From Octopus sinensis (taxonomy: Eukaryota): DNA of 64,000 nucleotides. Below the pieces are notes generated by a model. It was not told the origin of the DNA and searched no databases. It saw nothing but the letters and a program-made list of their open reading frames with translations. The stretch spans positions 19,716,001-19,780,000 of the forward strand of contig NC_043003.1 in assembly GCF_006345805.1 (NCBI RefSeq). The letters run 5' to 3'. Position numbers and translations under genes: made by a program. This document shows positions 61,250 to 64,000 of the stretch, piece after piece; position 1 is the first letter of the stretch; each line of letters starts with the position of its first letter.

Positions 61250-61955
61250 AAAAAATTAAGGTTGGTGTGCTTGACGGGCCACAGACTTAGGCGGCTACCG
61301 TAAAATGAGCAGTTTTTGGAGACCATATCTGGCGTTGAAAAGAAACATGGAATACTTTTGCTGTAGTTGTGTCAGATTTTTCGGGAAACAGGAAGTCACC
61401 AAATTATGAAGAACATGTGTAGTCCGTGTTAACTAGTTTTCGAGTACCGGGCTGCAACATGTGTGCAAAAGTTCACTTCTTGCACACTCATCTAGACTAC
61501 TTTCCTGGAAGCCATAGTGCAATAAATCACGAACAAGGAGAAACCTTGATGACCAGGTATCAAGGCAGGTGGAACACAAACATGATGGCTGACTACTGCT
61601 AGTCTATGCAAAGAGACTGTCGTGATACAAGTTATTTACAAAAAGCAGCAAAGAGAAAATTCATTCCTTGAGTAGCTGAAACTCCAGTTTGACAGAAATA
61701 TGTATTTAAACATTTTGTGTAATATATTTGTTAAACAATAAAAGATACTATTTGGTTTGGGTTAGTTTCTTATTTTAGTATTGCATCTAATGGCAAAATT
61801 GACATTTCATAGTAAAAAATGAATTCTTGTTTCACAAAATCCTTGACGTGACAGAAAATTGCTGAGAGCATTTCTGAACCCAGTACCTTCAAATTAAGTA
61901 GGACTATTTGTAAAAAGCAAGACGACAAAATTTTTTTCGAAAATGTTGACCAGTG
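61250..61955 (+). mobile_element. Chapaev3-like (CMC) DNA transposon 3' part, decayed
   Basis: YEKIKVGVLDGPQ...VVSDFFGNRKSPNYEEHV...GCNMCAKVHFLHTHLDYFP..EQGE..RYQGRWNTNMMADYC; right end ...gttgaccagtg|tta (CACTG terminus, TWA flank). Superfamily assignment from memory. Confidence 0.65.
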
Positions 61956-62359
61956 TTATCAGTAAAATAATGAAAGTAGCTTACTGTAAGTTTAAAATCA
62001 GCATCCATTGAAAAGTACAAGCCCAGACTCAACCACCCGAACATACTGATACAGAGAAATTCACACCAAGGGAAAGGAAAAAAATTTTAAGCGATTATCT
62101 TCCTTACACCGGAAGAAATCACCCACTACCTTCCCTTATTTAGAGCTCTCCTGAACATAAACATAACGAAAACTCTATTCAACATAAACATAACGTCGCA
62201 AGAAATTTGAAAAGCTACACGCGAAACCGGTCTTTCTTTTAAATTATGTCATTATAAGAGAAAAAAAAAATTTTTTTTCTAATATTCTTCAGAGATATTG
62301 ACGCAAATATATATATTTTTAACATTTAAGCCTTCTGTAGTTTTTCACTCTTTACTATT

Positions 62360-62432
<73 letters not shown>

Positions 62433-62458
62433 CTCTTTACTCTTTACTCTTTTAAGAG

Positions 62459-62489
<31 letters not shown>

Positions 62490-62759
62490 TATATATGTAT
62501 GTGTTTGTGTGTGTGTGTTTGTGTGTGTGTGTTTGTGTGTGTGTGTTTGTCCCCTAGCATTGCTTGACAACCGATGCTGGTGTGTTTACGTCCCCGTCAC
62601 TTAGCGGCTCGTCAAAAAGAGACCGATAGAATAAGTACTGGGCTTACAAAGAATAAGTCCCGGGGTCGATTTGTTCGACTAAAGGCAGTGCTCCAGCATG
62701 GCCGCAGTCAAATGACTGAAACAAGTAAAAGAGTAAAGAGTATGACTGGTTAGATTGAA

Positions 62760-63045
62760 AGTGTGTGGCTTGGTGGTTAGGGTATTCGGCTCACGATTGT
62801 AAGGTCTTGAGTTCAATTCCTAGCGACGCGTTGTATCCTTGAGCAAGACACTTTATTTCACGTTGCTCCAGTTCACTCAGCTGGCAAAAGTGATTAGTAC
62901 CTGTATTTCAAAAGGGCCAGCCTCATCACTTTCTGTGTCACGCTGAATTTCCCAGTGAACCGCGTTAAGGGTACGCGTGTCTGTGGAGTGCTCAGCCACT
63001 TGCACGTTTACTGGAACCCTCGTCGTTGTGACTGATGGAGTGCCA
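62760..63045 (+). mobile_element. SINE family C head plus tail X
   Basis: Same structure as 16767-17085. Confidence 0.75.
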
Positions 63046-64000
63046 GTCTTTTAGATTGAAAGTAATGAAAGCAGCTCAAGTTCGATACCTTTTATTTACT
63101 GAAGATACTTCAATCATGACTTTTGATTTCACTTTTGTAGTTGCATTTATTTTAAATGATATTGAAAACCTACGTTTCGAAAATTATGCCAAGCTCCTAA
63201 CATGGGTCTGCATTTGATGAAACTAAACCTATCATTAGAAATGGTGACAATACCGGAAATGTTGAAGAATGGACTCTCTTTTACTTGTTTCAGTCATTTG
63301 ACTGCGGCCATGCTGGAGCACCGCCTTTAGTCGAGCAAATCGACCCCGGGACTTATTCTTTGTAAGCCCAGTACTTATTCTATCTGTCTCTTTTGCCGAA
63401 CCATTAAGTGACGGGGACGTAAACACACCAGCATCGGTTGTCAAGCAATGCTAGGGGGACAAACACAGACACACAAACACATACACACACATATATATAT
63501 ATACATATATACGACAGGCTTCTTTCAGTTTCCGTCTACCAAATCCACTCACAAGGCATTAGTTGGCCGGGGGCTATAGCAGAAGACACTTGCCCAAGAT
63601 GCCACGCAGTGGGACTGAACCCAGAACCATGTAGTTGGTTAGCAAGCTACTTACCACACAGCCACTCCTGCGCCTATGGAACATTTGGGTTTGTAAAAAA
63701 TCGTGATGTGATAGAGTGAATTGGATTTCATTTTTGAAGTCAGCTCACCGAAATTACTAGGAAACATGTTTCCAACACCAGAACTAAAACCCATGTTCCT
63801 CAGTGTTATGTATTTTGTCTATAGACGTAGGAGTGGCTGTGTGGTAAGTGGCTTGCTTACGAACCACATGGTTTCGGGTTCAGACCCACTGCGTGGCACC
63901 TTGGGCAAGTGTCTTCTACTATAGCTTCGGGCCGACCAAAGCCTTGTGAGTGGATTTGGTAAACGGAAACTGAAAGAATCACGTCGTATATATATATATA

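Overview
AT-rich, microsatellite- and SINE-saturated eukaryotic DNA; the repeat repertoire suggests an octopus/cephalopod genome (inference). One host gene is supported: a multi-exon FANCF (Fanconi anemia group F) homologue on the minus strand, with 7 coding exons (9801 down to 955) that have canonical splice sites and consistent phases; its 3' end lies left of the window. The remaining ~53 kb is a transposon graveyard. It holds Tx1-like LINEs (one decayed ORF1+ORF2 copy, one ORF1-only copy with an intact 3' tail, one 5'-truncated copy in (TATC)n), fragments of RTE, CR1, CRE-like and HERO/NeSL-like LINEs, mariner and Chapaev3-like transposase fragments, several MITEs with TIRs and TSDs, and five tRNA-like or LINE-tailed SINE families. 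Most notable: (1) ~200-bp ORF-less repeats carrying minimal hammerhead ribozyme motifs of Penelope type, accompanied by recurrent fold-back palindromes; (2) an ORF1-only (HAL1-like) Tx1 derivative fused head-to-tail to a full Tx1 copy, whose 3' tail matches that of a dominant SINE family. All calls were made by eye without database searches; repeat boundaries are approximate.
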